A stretch of 64,000 bases of DNA from Candidatus Hermodarchaeota archaeon. GTDB taxonomy: Archaea > Asgardarchaeota > Hermodarchaeia > Hermodarchaeales > Hermodarchaeaceae. The stretch is taken from assembly GCA_016840065.1 (NCBI GenBank), contig JAEOTB010000037.1:67886-131885 (forward strand). Reading direction: 5' to 3'. The notes under the pieces were generated by a model. The model saw nothing but the letters and a program-made list of their open reading frames with translations, was not told where the DNA came from and ran no database searches. How positions within the stretch are numbered: the stretch's first letter is position 1; each line of letters opens with the position of its first letter. Positions 47,129 through 58,166 of the stretch are shown piece after piece. The position numbers were made by a program, and so were the translations under genes.

Positions 47129-48352
47129 CTAGTTGAAGAAGAGGAACAGTAGGTCAGGCCGCAAGAAGGTGAAGGCGATGTTTAGGATGAGTAGTGAAAG
47201 TGCGAAGATGCGTATACTGTTCAGTAGTATTCTTCCACTTCGGCGTTCTAGCGAGACGGTGGCATCTATTAGTTCCTTGAAGAGCCTATCACCATCCAGT
47301 GGTGGGATTGGTAGAAGATTCATGATTCCGAGGCTTAAGCTGATAACATAGAACCAGAGGAGGCTTCGCTGAAACTCGATACCAAAGGAGGGCCCCAACA
47401 AATTCAGTGGAGGAACTAATGGAACATATGTGGTCAGGTAGATTCCAATATAGGCGCGTGAGGCGTTTTGTGGGTGTTCTCCTACGGTTAAATTAACTGA
47501 TTCACCATTTACCGTGAATATAATCAAGTCGCCGGGATTTGTGTTGTCCAAGAAGGCACCGAGATCATCTGCTGTGGCAATTGATGTTTCGTTCATCCCA
47601 GTGATTACTGTCCATGGAGAAAGTACCCCATCTGCGGAACTCCCCAAAGTAACATCTGTGATGAGGACGCCTTGAGGAACCCGAACAACGAGAACTAACA
47701 TGAGAATAGTTGCGATGAGAGCTAAACTAAGATTAGCCGCTGATCCAGCCGCGAAGAATCGTACTCTTTCGCGTCGCGTGGTCTTCACCTTGACATATTC
47801 TTCGTCAGGTTCAACGAAAGCCCCGAATAGAAAGAAGAGAGCGAAAAGCCCTGAACTCCTAACTGGGATATCATCTGCACGAGCAGCAACCCCATGCCCC
47901 ATCTCATGTACTATGATAGATACGATTAGTGGAATTAGAAGTGTTAGAAAGAAGAAGAAGGACATTGTGATACCTGGAACTAAGGGGACAATTGGTCCTG
48001 GCGGACCAGGTGACACAACCTGAGGTAGAAGCCCGAAATCCACAAAGAACGATATCAGATTGAGTATTAGAAAGTAGAAGCCAATTATCGAGAAGGCAAA
48101 ACATACTGCTACGAAGCCTGACCAGATATATCGCCAGGCTCGAGGATGCCATCGACCGATTCTGTTGAGTAGGTTGTTGAATCGCTGAGTCCGAGCCATC
48201 ATCATAAATAGGCCAACTTCGATTCCCCGCTTTTCCAAGTTATAACGGGCATCAAGAATGAAGAGAATCAGCCACGCCAAGAGTAAAATTAACCAAGGGA
48301 GAAGCAGAGGAAGCGCTTCAAGAAAAAGAAGCAGGAATTCAAGTTGTAACAT
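47129..48352 (-). CDS. Site-2 protease (M50 family) with PDZ-like domain
   Basis: HEMGH, GAFVEPD, AGSAAN, NLLPIPPLDG. Multiple TM segments. Confidence 0.93.
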   Translation of the reverse strand: MLQLEFLLLFLEALPLLLPWLILLLAWLILFILDARYNLEKRGIEVGLFMMMARTQRFNNLLNRIGRWHPRAWRYIWSGFVAVCFAFSIIGFYFLILNLISFFVDFGLLPQVVSPGPPGPIVPLVPGITMSFFFFLTLLIPLIVSIIVHEMGHGVAARADDIPVRSSGLFALFFLFGAFVEPDEEYVKVKTTRRERVRFFAAGSAANLSLALIATILMLVLVVRVPQGVLITDVTLGSSADGVLSPWTVITGMNETSIATADDLGAFLDNTNPGDLIIFTVNGESVNLTVGEHPQNASRAYIGIYLTTYVPLVPPLNLLGPSFGIEFQRSLLWFYVISLSLGIMNLLPIPPLDGDRLFKELIDATVSLERRSGRILLNSIRIFALSLLILNIAFTFLRPDLLFLFFN

Positions 48353-48437
48353 CTACAGCGCCACCACGTAGTTTCACAACGAGTTGATATTTTGATATAT
48401 ATGTCCTGCCCTTTTAGGAAAAGTGTAAAATAAGAGC

Positions 48438-48785
48438 GTGAAATGCTTGAGGATGGAGCCTTTGACATTGGCAAAGAAACACATTCTCATCCTTGTTGCG
48501 GTAGGAAATCATACAGAGGCGAAGATTATTGCGCGCCAATTAGTAGAGCAACGCTTAGCCGCTTGTGTAGGTATACTGAAACAGCAGTCAATATATCGTT
48601 GGGAAGGTAAAGTAACTGACGATGATGAGTATCTATTGAGCGTCAAAACAACACGCGAGCGATTTAATGCGGTTAGGGACGCTGTATTAGCGCTACATAG
48701 TTATGATGTGCCTGAAATTATCAGCGTAAGCATTGCAGAGGGTAGTGCAGCCTATCTTGATTGGATATCTGAAAGTGTCAGCTAG
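48438..48785 (+). CDS. cutA: Divalent-cation tolerance protein CutA (start may be TTG 48468)
   Basis: LVEQRLAAC, SIYRWEG, HSYDVPEII. Confidence 0.93.
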   Translation: MKCLRMEPLTLAKKHILILVAVGNHTEAKIIARQLVEQRLAACVGILKQQSIYRWEGKVTDDDEYLLSVKTTRERFNAVRDAVLALHSYDVPEIISVSIAEGSAAYLDWISESVS

Positions 48786-48808
48786 ATGTAGCAGGAACTG
48801 AGATTTCA

Positions 48809-49522
48809 ATGCCGCGAGAAAAAACAACTCGGCGAGATACTGGGAGCGCAGTGAAGTTTTACACTGAAGCTCAATGGAGACAGCTCTCAACTCTACGAGC
48901 GCGCGCTGTTGAAATCATGGCAGTGCTTGATGAGCGGGGATTGAGTTCAATCGTCCATGGTAGCGTCTGTCGAGGAGATGTTTCTGCTCACAGTGACGTC
49001 GATGTCTACATATCTCAAGTGGTTTCCTCATTTATTGTAGAGCTAGCTCTTGAGCGAGGTGGCTTTTCTATATTAAATCGTGAATTGGTACATGCAACCC
49101 CCTTTCACGCGATAAAAGCGCATATCTACCTTGAAGGTGATTCAGTAGTCACTCTTCCACTTACGAGCCCTGCTCCAATCGAACTTGAGTTTTACAGGTT
49201 TGGTGGAAGCCTGATACAAGAAGAAGTCTTGAAAAATAAGCGAGTGGCTGGTGTTGACAAGCGTCTCATTCTTATCGAGCCAACGAAGGAAGGACACATA
49301 GAGACACCCATAATTGGTAACGAAATTATAACTGCTAGGAAAATTGGTGTGGGTCTGAAAATTGTCAAGGAGCGGTTGAAGGTACTAATGCGTCGGGATG
49401 AAGTCGGACGTACAGGAGTTTATCTGAAGCGTCAGCTTGCGCCAGGTGACACATTTGAAGCCCTCTTGAAAAGTATAAGTGACCGAGATCCTGTTGTTCG
49501 TCGTCGAGTGCAAAAAGGGTGA
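48809..49522 (+). CDS. Pol-beta-type nucleotidyltransferase, conserved archaeal family
   Basis: HGSVCRGDV..SDVD, LEFYRFGG, RVAGVDKRL, GRTGVY. Confidence 0.85.
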   Translation: MPREKTTRRDTGSAVKFYTEAQWRQLSTLRARAVEIMAVLDERGLSSIVHGSVCRGDVSAHSDVDVYISQVVSSFIVELALERGGFSILNRELVHATPFHAIKAHIYLEGDSVVTLPLTSPAPIELEFYRFGGSLIQEEVLKNKRVAGVDKRLILIEPTKEGHIETPIIGNEIITARKIGVGLKIVKERLKVLMRRDEVGRTGVYLKRQLAPGDTFEALLKSISDRDPVVRRRVQKG

Positions 49523-49523
49523 A

Positions 49524-50615
49524 ATGTTGGTGGGTCGAGAGGTACGCGTTTCACGGGGTGGCTCACTATATCTGGGCCGTTTACCGAAAGGTTGTCGTCA
49601 GTGTATTCGCGGCAGCAAACTGGTTCTTCTCATAACTGGTCTCTGCGGAAAAGGATGCTTCTATTGTCCACTATCAACTGAACGGCGCAATAAGGATATC
49701 ATCTTTGCTAATGAGGTTGAAGTCAAAGATAAAACGCAGGCAATTAAGGAAGCAATGATGATTGATGCAGAGGGAATGGGCATAACTGGGGGCGAACCTT
49801 TGTTGAATTTACGGCGAACCTTAGATTACATCCAAGCTTTCAAACACAAGTTCGGCAACCAGTTCCACATTCATCTTTACACAGCTGTTGAACCTATTTC
49901 GACTGATGTTGTTAGTAAATTGGTTATGGCAGGTCTAGACGAGTTGCGTCTACACCGATTTACTGCAGGTACTGATTTACACCAGATAAAACAGGTAATG
50001 AAGAAAAAAGGAAAACTCGGTTTTGAAATTCCAGCTATTCCAGGCAAACTAGAGGAGATGAAGAGTTTATTACTCAAGTTAGATTCTCTGAACTTGGATT
50101 TCATAAACATAAATGAGCTAGAGTTTGCTCCATTAAACACAGATGAACTAAGAAGGCGGGACTTTAGGTTAAAACACGACTCAGTTGCAGCGGTGAAGGA
50201 TAGCGAGGAAACAGCAATTGCCCTATTAGAGTGGGCGGAGGAGAATATATCACTAAACGTTCACTTCTGTCCTCTCACACTCAAGGACGGCGTTCAGCTA
50301 CGAAACCGATTTCATAGAAGAGCCAGACATATCGCAAAGCCATTTGAGGATATTTCTGACGAAGGATTACTCGTAAAAGGCATTATTTTTCCTCCACCTA
50401 CAATGCCTCTAGAAGCAGCAATCGTAATTCTACATACTGAATTCAAAATACACAAAAGCCAACTTTGGTTAAATCCTGAGCGCGGTCAAATCGAGACGGC
50501 GGTTTCATTGATTCAGCGTTTAGCTAAAAAACTCAAACAAAGAGGGTTTCGAGTCGGCATAGCCGAGGAGCATCCGACTGACAATCGACTCCAAGTGACT
50601 TACACGCCTCTTTAG
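49524..50615 (+). CDS. Radical SAM protein, conserved archaeal family
   Basis: LPKGCRQC, CGKGCFYC (CxxxCxxC), TGGEP, LDELRLH. Confidence 0.88.
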   Translation: MLVGREVRVSRGGSLYLGRLPKGCRQCIRGSKLVLLITGLCGKGCFYCPLSTERRNKDIIFANEVEVKDKTQAIKEAMMIDAEGMGITGGEPLLNLRRTLDYIQAFKHKFGNQFHIHLYTAVEPISTDVVSKLVMAGLDELRLHRFTAGTDLHQIKQVMKKKGKLGFEIPAIPGKLEEMKSLLLKLDSLNLDFININELEFAPLNTDELRRRDFRLKHDSVAAVKDSEETAIALLEWAEENISLNVHFCPLTLKDGVQLRNRFHRRARHIAKPFEDISDEGLLVKGIIFPPPTMPLEAAIVILHTEFKIHKSQLWLNPERGQIETAVSLIQRLAKKLKQRGFRVGIAEEHPTDNRLQVTYTPL

Positions 50616-51700
50616 CCATCAGGAAGTGGAAAGCGTAGAATCCCTGCTAGCCCACCGAGCCCAGCCAACTGTTTTCCCGCTTGGTGTTCAGAACTGAAAA
50701 TCTCTATTGAACCAGCCTGTTTTTCCACCTGACGCATCAGATTCTCTAGAATTTTACGCTTCTCCGGGGGTGCCTCTCGAAGTGTTTTGTCTAAAACGAG
50801 TAAAGTTTCTACAGCTCCAAATTGGATTGCCCGATTTATTTCATCCCAACCGTAAGCTGCTTTGCCTGTTCCTTTACCTAGATGCTGTAATAACTTGTCC
50901 ATCAGTCTAATCTCCCTAGATAAGCGGATTTCACTAGCGACGCGTTCAATAATACCACGTTGTAAAGCTTCATAGACGCCAGCTGATGTTCCAGTACTTA
51001 CGTGGTCAAGAAGAAGCCGACCCTTTACCGCTGGAACTTTTTGTTGGAGGAACTCGCCAAGCTTATCTTTTGTGAAGCCGGGACCCACAACAACGATTCG
51101 AATTACGTCTGGAATTTTATTTAGTAACTCTCCTAACTGAAGAGCAACAGCCCCGAATAACTGGCCTATATTCTCTGGGGAATTCTGATATTTACCATAT
51201 TTTCCCATCGAGTTCCCATGCAACGAAAGATGAATATCGACACCAGTATCATCAACTATTCCAATAGTAGCACATCCCTCTTCAACGGCGATTACAATTA
51301 CTCGTTGTCCTTTCTGTTTGGCAGCCTCCTTCAATCTATTCAAAAGCGAGCGAGGCCAATGGGTTTTAACAATTTCAATTTTTAAACCAGGTTCCACATT
51401 TATCGTATGATATGTTCCAAGAGATACAAAATCCTCTGGACCCGCAAGAATTCGTCCTTTGACTCTTAGCCTATTCGAATACTTGTGCAGTGAAACCTCT
51501 TCCACATCTAGGCGAATGAACATCCCTCTCCGTTCACCTCTATCTGGGCGAGAGCCCTCAGTACGGCGAACACGACGAACTGTACGTGCTGCTATTTGAT
51601 CCCCAGGTAGGATGACATTGTATAGGTGCCACAAATCATCCATAGACTCGGGTACTACGACAACGATTCCTTTCTTTAATTTCCTTGCGACAATCTTCAT
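50612..51700 (-). CDS. pelA: Pelota (aDom34) ribosome rescue factor
   Basis: PESMDDLWHL, RLRVKG, GTYHT, GPGFTK, LGGLAGILRF. Confidence 0.95.
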   Translation of the reverse strand: MKIVARKLKKGIVVVVPESMDDLWHLYNVILPGDQIAARTVRRVRRTEGSRPDRGERRGMFIRLDVEEVSLHKYSNRLRVKGRILAGPEDFVSLGTYHTINVEPGLKIEIVKTHWPRSLLNRLKEAAKQKGQRVIVIAVEEGCATIGIVDDTGVDIHLSLHGNSMGKYGKYQNSPENIGQLFGAVALQLGELLNKIPDVIRIVVVGPGFTKDKLGEFLQQKVPAVKGRLLLDHVSTGTSAGVYEALQRGIIERVASEIRLSREIRLMDKLLQHLGKGTGKAAYGWDEINRAIQFGAVETLLVLDKTLREAPPEKRKILENLMRQVEKQAGSIEIFSSEHQAGKQLAGLGGLAGILRFPLPDG

Positions 51701-51805
51701 GTTCAGCCGCCCCAGCAACTTTCTTAACCAATCTAACTATTTATAATTCGCAGTATGCCAACCCCTAAAGGCTCTACCCAATAGTGGTAATGAAGGAGAC
51801 AAAAA

Positions 51806-52864
51806 TTGGGTTCTGTTCATTCACCTTGGTGTGCATTTGCGTTGTCGGGTACGCACCTAACATTGCCTGTAGCTGAACTTCGGGCTTCTTTAGAGGCAGA
51901 GGGGTATTCCTATGAACTAGGGGAACAGCAAGGACGGGTTATCCTAGTTGAAGTAGATCCTCAGGGCGCCTTAATTGCTACACGTCGCTCAGGTTTTGTT
52001 AATTACTCAATGCAACTAATCTTTGAATGTCCTATGAAGAAATCAGAGATTCTCCGCGCCATGAATAAGGTTGACTTCCATCTCTGGTTAAACAACAGTA
52101 CCCGTTTTGGTGTGAGAGTAACCCGTATCCATCGTGAACAAAAACAGCTAGATATAGAGGAACTTCAAGGGAAAATAGGTTCCAAGATATGTCGTGCGAT
52201 GAAAGGAAAGGTGCGAGTTGATCTCGAGGTTCCAGAAGTATTATTCCTTGGGTTGATTACGACGGCAAGATTCTATTTTGGTATCTTTATAGCGGCTCGG
52301 AATCGTAGAGAATTCAATAAACGTCGTAGCCCTCTTCGACCTTTCTTCAATCCAGATACGATCCATCCCAAGATTGCACGCGCAATGGTCAATCTAAGTC
52401 GTAGCGGATCTGGTGATATGTTTCTTGATCCTTTTTGTGGATCAGGAGGGCTCCTTCTTGAAGCAACATCAATTGGATCTTTTCCTATTGGAATTGACAA
52501 CGACCATAGAATCCTTTGGGGATGCAGGCGTAACCTTGACTACTTTGAAACACCCTTTTCTGGGATTTGCGCTGATGCAAGGAACATTCCTTTTCGTTCT
52601 CAATCAATTGATGCGATAGCTACTGACCCCCCTTATGGAAGAAGTAGTTCAACTAGAAAATCGGATATTGCAACACTACTTAAAGCGAGTCTAACTGAAC
52701 TAACAGATGTGTTAACCACGAGTAGGTATATCTGCTTTGCAATACCCCTTGAACATTACAATGAGAGTATCATTGACTCGAAAGAATACTCTATCGTGGA
52801 GGAACATAGCGTTTATGTTCATCGCAGTTTAACTCGACACATTGTGGTTTTGAAACGAAAATAA
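51806..52864 (+). CDS. THUMP + methyltransferase, tRNA m2G10 (Trm11/TrmG10) family
   Basis: RPFF, ARAMVNL, DPFCGSGG, TDPPYGRSS. Confidence 0.88.
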   Translation: MGSVHSPWCAFALSGTHLTLPVAELRASLEAEGYSYELGEQQGRVILVEVDPQGALIATRRSGFVNYSMQLIFECPMKKSEILRAMNKVDFHLWLNNSTRFGVRVTRIHREQKQLDIEELQGKIGSKICRAMKGKVRVDLEVPEVLFLGLITTARFYFGIFIAARNRREFNKRRSPLRPFFNPDTIHPKIARAMVNLSRSGSGDMFLDPFCGSGGLLLEATSIGSFPIGIDNDHRILWGCRRNLDYFETPFSGICADARNIPFRSQSIDAIATDPPYGRSSSTRKSDIATLLKASLTELTDVLTTSRYICFAIPLEHYNESIIDSKEYSIVEEHSVYVHRSLTRHIVVLKRK

Positions 52865-53802
52865 TGTGTGGCTCTGATATGAAAGTCGTGTTTCTAGGGG
52901 TTGGTTGTGGTATGCCATCCCTCAGGAGGGCTCTGCCTGCTGTTGCAGTTTGTCTAAATAAGGAAATACTACTGTTTGACGCTGGTGAAGGAGTGCAATA
53001 CCAGCTTCAATGTGCCCACCTTAGTTTTCAGCGAATCACAGAAATCTATATTTCACACCTTCATGGAGATCACTGCCTTGGTCTTCCAGGATTAATCTCT
53101 TCGATGGCATTGTTACATCGAAAGAGACCACTTTCAGTTTTTGGTCCTCCCGGGCTCAAGTCCTTTGTTGAGAGCGCATTGGAGTCCACTCACGTTGATT
53201 ACCAGTTTGATTTGACAATTCGTGATGGATGTACTAAAGGAAAACTTTCTGAACAACCGCGATATGTTGTGGAAGGCCTCCCAGCGATTCACAGCGTTCC
53301 AGCTCTTTCATTTGTATTACGAATGGCGAGGGTGCAAGGAAAGTTCAATCCAGAAAAAGCAGAGCAACTTGGAGTACCGAAAGGACCCCTTTGGAAGCAG
53401 CTACAGCAAGGATACGCAGTTCAAGTTAAAAGAACCCGAACTGTTCACCCAAGGGAAGTCCTAGGACCCAGTCGTGAGGGGTTGTCTTTCGCGTATTCCG
53501 GGGATACAGCTCCTAATCCTGAATTTGCTTCTGCAGTAAAAGATGTATCAATACTGGTCCACGAAGCAACCTATACTAGCGAGTATGAGGAGAAAGCAAG
53601 TGAATATCTCCACTCAACTGCAGCCCAGGCCGCTGAAATAGCCACCCTTGCTAAAGCGAGGCGACTTGCTCTAATTCATATCAGTCCGCGATATGAGAAC
53701 AACCTGCAACATGAACAAGAGGCTAGGAGCATCTTCCAGCAGAGTTTTGCACCAAACGATCTTGACGTTATCGAGCTACGCAGTGTTTCGGTTGAAGAGT
53801 GA
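52864..53802 (+). CDS. rnz: Ribonuclease Z
   Basis: FDAGEG, HLHGDH, flexible arm GVPKGP, YSGDT, HEAT, HST, HISPRY. Confidence 0.96.
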   Translation: MCGSDMKVVFLGVGCGMPSLRRALPAVAVCLNKEILLFDAGEGVQYQLQCAHLSFQRITEIYISHLHGDHCLGLPGLISSMALLHRKRPLSVFGPPGLKSFVESALESTHVDYQFDLTIRDGCTKGKLSEQPRYVVEGLPAIHSVPALSFVLRMARVQGKFNPEKAEQLGVPKGPLWKQLQQGYAVQVKRTRTVHPREVLGPSREGLSFAYSGDTAPNPEFASAVKDVSILVHEATYTSEYEEKASEYLHSTAAQAAEIATLAKARRLALIHISPRYENNLQHEQEARSIFQQSFAPNDLDVIELRSVSVEE

Positions 53803-53830
53803 AATGCTAAAGGTCTCGAACTAGCTAAAA

Positions 53831-54268
53831 TTACTCCAACTGAAGATTCTCTCTGGGTTGAGGTTTTCCTTTTTGCGTGGGTGGGGCAATGAAGTCGATT
53901 ACATCAAGAATGTTTTTCGCTCGAATTTCAACCCGTATTGGACCTGTGGCTGATATATCATCGAGATTGCACAGATGAAGACGCCCCATATATGCTGCTT
54001 GGCGATGAATGCCAAAAACCAAAGCATCTTCTTCTACCTGCTTCAGAAAAATACGACGTACAGCTTCTAAGATACGCGCTTCACGGAATTTCTTAGCAAT
54101 TGTGGAAATGGCTTCAGGACCAGTAGCGAATCCTGGTAGAATAGTGGCGCCTAACGAGTCTTGAGCGATTTTTGTTTCCGCAACAGGGCAGATGTTTAGA
54201 AGTGCCTCCCGAACTTTCTCAAGGTCCTCTGTAACCTTCACATCTGCCAATAGAGTGAGTGCTATCAT
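53831..54268 (-). CDS. DUF54-family predicted RNA-binding protein
   Basis: TEDLEKVREALLN, ILEAVR, HRQAAYMG, GPIRV, FIAP. Confidence 0.8.
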   Translation of the reverse strand: MIALTLLADVKVTEDLEKVREALLNICPVAETKIAQDSLGATILPGFATGPEAISTIAKKFREARILEAVRRIFLKQVEEDALVFGIHRQAAYMGRLHLCNLDDISATGPIRVEIRAKNILDVIDFIAPPTQKGKPQPRENLQLE

Positions 54269-54275
54269 AGTATTG

Positions 54276-54860
54276 TCAGCCTGTACCAAATTCTTCCTGA
54301 AAGAGTAAGAGAACTTGCTGTCGTAGCTCAGAAGCGTCTCCTTCATTAACTAGCATCATATCTGCACAGGCAATGACTCTACCAATACCAATACCTAGTT
54401 CTCTGAGGTCTCGTTCATGAAAATCTTCCCAATCCAATGAATCATCTGAACGTTTTCTCTGAGCTAACCGCTGGAACCTTGTTTGCGGTGAGGCATGCAC
54501 TGCAATGACCTTAACTGATTTGAATACTTCACGAAACCGGTTGATTTCTGCTTCGCTGCGTGCACCTTCAATTACTACAAATGAGCTGTCCATTCTTCTG
54601 AATTTTTCTATGCAAGCATTAGCTATAGCGTCGTCTCCATATTTGCGTCGAAGTCCAATCATTATCCCTCCCAGAGTAACGGGTGAATGTGCCACACCCC
54701 TACGTGTTGCTTCTTCTCTAACAACATCACCCATGATAATAACGGGAATTCCTAACTCTCTTGCGCTTTCTGTACCCATGGATTTCCCAGACCCTGGCAT
54801 TCCGACAAACACGTATGCTTTAGCATCAAATCTCTGTTCGAATTGGCAGCGATCGTACAA
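54276..54860 (-). CDS. Archaeal NMP/dephospho-CoA kinase-like P-loop kinase
   Basis: GMPGSGKS, MGDVVRE, IEGARS, RDLRELGIG. Confidence 0.85.
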   Translation of the reverse strand: MYDRCQFEQRFDAKAYVFVGMPGSGKSMGTESARELGIPVIIMGDVVREEATRRGVAHSPVTLGGIMIGLRRKYGDDAIANACIEKFRRMDSSFVVIEGARSEAEINRFREVFKSVKVIAVHASPQTRFQRLAQRKRSDDSLDWEDFHERDLRELGIGIGRVIACADMMLVNEGDASELRQQVLLLFQEEFGTG

Positions 54861-54923
54861 ATCTAATCTCTCCTTGAACTGAATCTCTATGTTGAATTCC
54901 CTGCTAAAAAAATCGTCGACTAG

Positions 54924-56042
54924 CTAGATGTAGTATCGCCTATCCTTTGGTGAATCTGTAGTAGTGATTTTTGTAAAGGCTGAATCATCGATTTCTGGTA
55001 AATCATGTGAAAGGGCATAATGCAAAGCGCCTTTTAGCACACGCTCCCTCAAATCTCTACCAGAAAAGCCCTCTGTCCACTTGGCAATTGCCTTAAGGTC
55101 TGCAGTCAAGGGAAGCGGCAAAGTCGCAGCATATTTTTCTAGTATTTTGAGCCTTTCCTCGTAAGTTGGGTTCGGGAACTCGATTTCCTCCTCGAATCTG
55201 CTACGGAGTGCCGTATCTAGCATCTCGCGCGTGTTTGTCGCTGCTATGACAACGATTCGATCCTTTTCCTCTATCAGGTCTAACTGTGAAATCAGCGAGT
55301 TAACCACTTCGGTAACATCGCCGCGTACTGATTGAAAACTGCGGTCCAATCCGATAGAGTCAATTTCATCAATGAAGACAATGCAGGGCCTCTTGCTAGT
55401 AGCGTCTTCGAATAGTTTGTGTACTTTATCTGCACCTGCCCCCACGTGCTGTCCGATAAGCGCGGTTGCCTTTACGTAATAGAATTCGACTTGTGTCTCC
55501 CAAGCCAGCGCCTTTGCCATCATTGTTTTACCTGTTCCCGGTGACCCATAGAATAGAACCTTACGAGGTGCCCATTCAGCGAAGATTCGAGGGTCTTCCA
55601 TATATTTCTTTATTATCAAACACTTTATCTTGGCGCTATCATGACCAATAACATCATCGAAAAGGATCTTTCGCCCGCGGGACGGCTTGAACTCCTTTGC
55701 CTGTATTAGACGGACCGTTGTATCGGAAACAATATGCGCTTCTGGTGGAGTGACTTCAACAACTTCAAAGGCAAAGTCAGGAAGTAATAATTGATCGAAA
55801 AGGTAGTCATGGCACTTCACTTTGATGCCCTGCCATTGATCAACACAGTAGGCTGTGAATAGTTTTTCATCCCGAATCCGTAGGGCAGGAGTTCCCAGGG
55901 AGGCATTAACCTCGAGTGGGTAGCCTGCTGGACGAAGAACAACCTCCCTTGCTGGGATAATTGGCCTAGCCAGAGAGTCGCCTATAGGCCGAGTGATTTC
56001 AGCAACCTGCTTTCGTGTACGCGTTGATTTCCGATCCTTCAA
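54924..56042 (-). CDS. AAA+ ATPase, conserved archaeal family
   Basis: [43 protein letters not shown]. Confidence 0.9.
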   Translation of the reverse strand: MKDRKSTRTRKQVAEITRPIGDSLARPIIPAREVVLRPAGYPLEVNASLGTPALRIRDEKLFTAYCVDQWQGIKVKCHDYLFDQLLLPDFAFEVVEVTPPEAHIVSDTTVRLIQAKEFKPSRGRKILFDDVIGHDSAKIKCLIIKKYMEDPRIFAEWAPRKVLFYGSPGTGKTMMAKALAWETQVEFYYVKATALIGQHVGAGADKVHKLFEDATSKRPCIVFIDEIDSIGLDRSFQSVRGDVTEVVNSLISQLDLIEEKDRIVVIAATNTREMLDTALRSRFEEEIEFPNPTYEERLKILEKYAATLPLPLTADLKAIAKWTEGFSGRDLRERVLKGALHYALSHDLPEIDDSAFTKITTTDSPKDRRYYI

Positions 56043-56153
56043 ATATAGGAATCCTCCAAAAACGAGCTAACTGGAGGATAAATAGGGAATTGATATAAAC
56101 CTATCTCTCTCCTCATTGATGTAGCATCACCAATTCAATACGGGCGAACTCGT

Positions 56154-56723
56154 ATGACTGCGATTCGGAGCTTCATCGCACTAGAAGTCATTAACACAGA
56201 TGTTCTTGACCAAATCAAGAAAATACAAGAAGAACTTGGAAGAACCAGAGCTAGACTCAAACTTGTTGAACCCCAGAACCTCCACTTCACCCTCCACTTT
56301 CTTGGCGATGTAGAAAGCGCGCGGATTCCAGATTTACAGACATTACTCCAAGAAATCGAATTCCCTGCTTTCGACTTAGAACTAGGTGGCTTACGCTGTT
56401 TCCGTCCAAAGAGACTCCGAGTTGTGTGGGTAGGAGTCACTAAAGGAGCAGATAATTGCATCCAGCTCCAAAAACTACTTGGGCAGCGGCTCAGGGAGCA
56501 AAGATTCCCTGTCGAGGTGCGCAGATATTCACCTCACCTAACAGTAGCAAGGGCGCGCAGAGGTACAAATCAGAATCAACTACTTGAAGTTCTTGAGATT
56601 CTCGATAAGTACGCTACCTACGAATTTGGTGATATCCATATCACAGAAGTGAAGATTAAGAAGAGCACACTCACTCCACGAGGACCCATCTACGAGGATT
56701 TAGAAGTTAAGAGACTACAATAA
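56154..56723 (+). CDS. thpR: RNA 2',3'-cyclic phosphodiesterase / 2'-5' RNA ligase (2H family)
   Basis: RSFIA, HFTL and HLTV 2H motifs, STLTPRGPIY. Confidence 0.93.
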   Translation: MTAIRSFIALEVINTDVLDQIKKIQEELGRTRARLKLVEPQNLHFTLHFLGDVESARIPDLQTLLQEIEFPAFDLELGGLRCFRPKRLRVVWVGVTKGADNCIQLQKLLGQRLREQRFPVEVRRYSPHLTVARARRGTNQNQLLEVLEILDKYATYEFGDIHITEVKIKKSTLTPRGPIYEDLEVKRLQ

Positions 56724-56807
56724 TTAGCTACAGATTGGGTACTGTCTGAATGTGGCGCTAGTCATCTTCTATCTAATAGCTTTCTGTCACTAGATGTAAT
56801 AATAGAA

Positions 56808-58022
56808 TCAAAGCCCCTCAAACCCTGCAGAACCAATAATCCTCATTGCGGCTTCAGGACAGGCTTCAACACATATCCAGCACCGTACACAGTGATCCAT
56901 ATTTATAACGGGTTTTCCTTCTCGCATTGTGATGTTCTTGAGTTTACAGGCTTTCACACATAACCCGCAGCCGCTACACGCGTCAGTTACCTCGATGAAA
57001 CCTTCACCAGCATTGTCCTCCAATTCTTTCTTTGCGGTTTTCTGGGTGACTATTTCAGAACCGAACCAACGTCGAACCAGCCCGTGTGTGAGGCGGTTGA
57101 ATACTCGGGAGGTCCACAGACCTTGTAACTTACCTAGAAGCCCTCCTCGCCTAGACCCTCTGAGCCTCCTGAATGTATCAGCAGCATCACCGACAATTTC
57201 AATGTCATCTAGTTCACCTAGTCCCCTTTCATAAGCAATCTTTAGAATACTTAGTTTCTCAGGTTTGAACCCCATTAGCTGGGCGATTGTACTATCAACT
57301 GCCAAGGGATCACGACCAGCAAGAATAATGTTCAATTCAACGGGATTCCCTGCTGTTGGACCTTGATAAGGGCCAGCAGGTCTAACCGCGTCTGCAGCCA
57401 CTGTTCCGTCTACAATGCAATATCTCACCTGCGGAAGGAGATGTTCGAATAAATCAACAACGGGTTCGTGTAACCCAAGTACGTGCATCCGCGTACGTTG
57501 ATCCTGTCGCGTTAAACCCTTCAGATTCTTAATCGCGCCTGTGTGTCCTGTCATGAAATGAGTCTTAATAACTGGTACATCAATAATCCCATCAACCTCC
57601 AAAGCAAGCTTTGATATTGTAACCTTTGTCAGCTTGCTAGCTCCTGGGAGCTTGACCCTGACCATTTCAGTTTTTGCTAAATCTACAAAGGTCCCATCAG
57701 CCTGTTTAACGGCTTCTCGAATCCCAAGCGCTCGATAGGTTTCTTCAGGGTCCCAACCGCAAATCGGTAAATCTGCTACAAGGACATCAGCTTGTTTACA
57801 TTGTTCTCGCACTAAGCGTACAACTGCAGCTACTACATCAACATTAGTGACTAGTCCTGACCCTGATGGTTTTCCACAGCTCATATTTGGTTTGATAAGT
57901 ATTCGTTCGCCAGAATCAAGTTCAAGACCACCTGCCAGCTCCACTGCTTTACGGACAGATGCATCGATATCTTCAGAGATATTAACAATGGAAACGCGCG
58001 ATGGCATAATTGTTGTCTCCAA
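56808..58022 (-). CDS. DUF362 protein with C-terminal 2x[4Fe-4S] ferredoxin domain
   Basis: LIKPN, PVIKTH, GAIKNLKG, CSGCGLC and CVRCWICVEACP. Confidence 0.88.
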   Translation of the reverse strand: METTIMPSRVSIVNISEDIDASVRKAVELAGGLELDSGERILIKPNMSCGKPSGSGLVTNVDVVAAVVRLVREQCKQADVLVADLPICGWDPEETYRALGIREAVKQADGTFVDLAKTEMVRVKLPGASKLTKVTISKLALEVDGIIDVPVIKTHFMTGHTGAIKNLKGLTRQDQRTRMHVLGLHEPVVDLFEHLLPQVRYCIVDGTVAADAVRPAGPYQGPTAGNPVELNIILAGRDPLAVDSTIAQLMGFKPEKLSILKIAYERGLGELDDIEIVGDAADTFRRLRGSRRGGLLGKLQGLWTSRVFNRLTHGLVRRWFGSEIVTQKTAKKELEDNAGEGFIEVTDACSGCGLCVKACKLKNITMREGKPVINMDHCVRCWICVEACPEAAMRIIGSAGFEGL

Positions 58023-58166
58023 TATTCGCTGAAGGACGAATTTGTATTCCTACTCCTTACACCGTTCTTAAAACTCCTTTTCTTCGTTGTGTGCGATAAA
58101 CTCCAATTGGGGTAAGCATCTGTTGGGAAAGGCATTAAAGTAAATGATTATTCTAACAGAAACCGC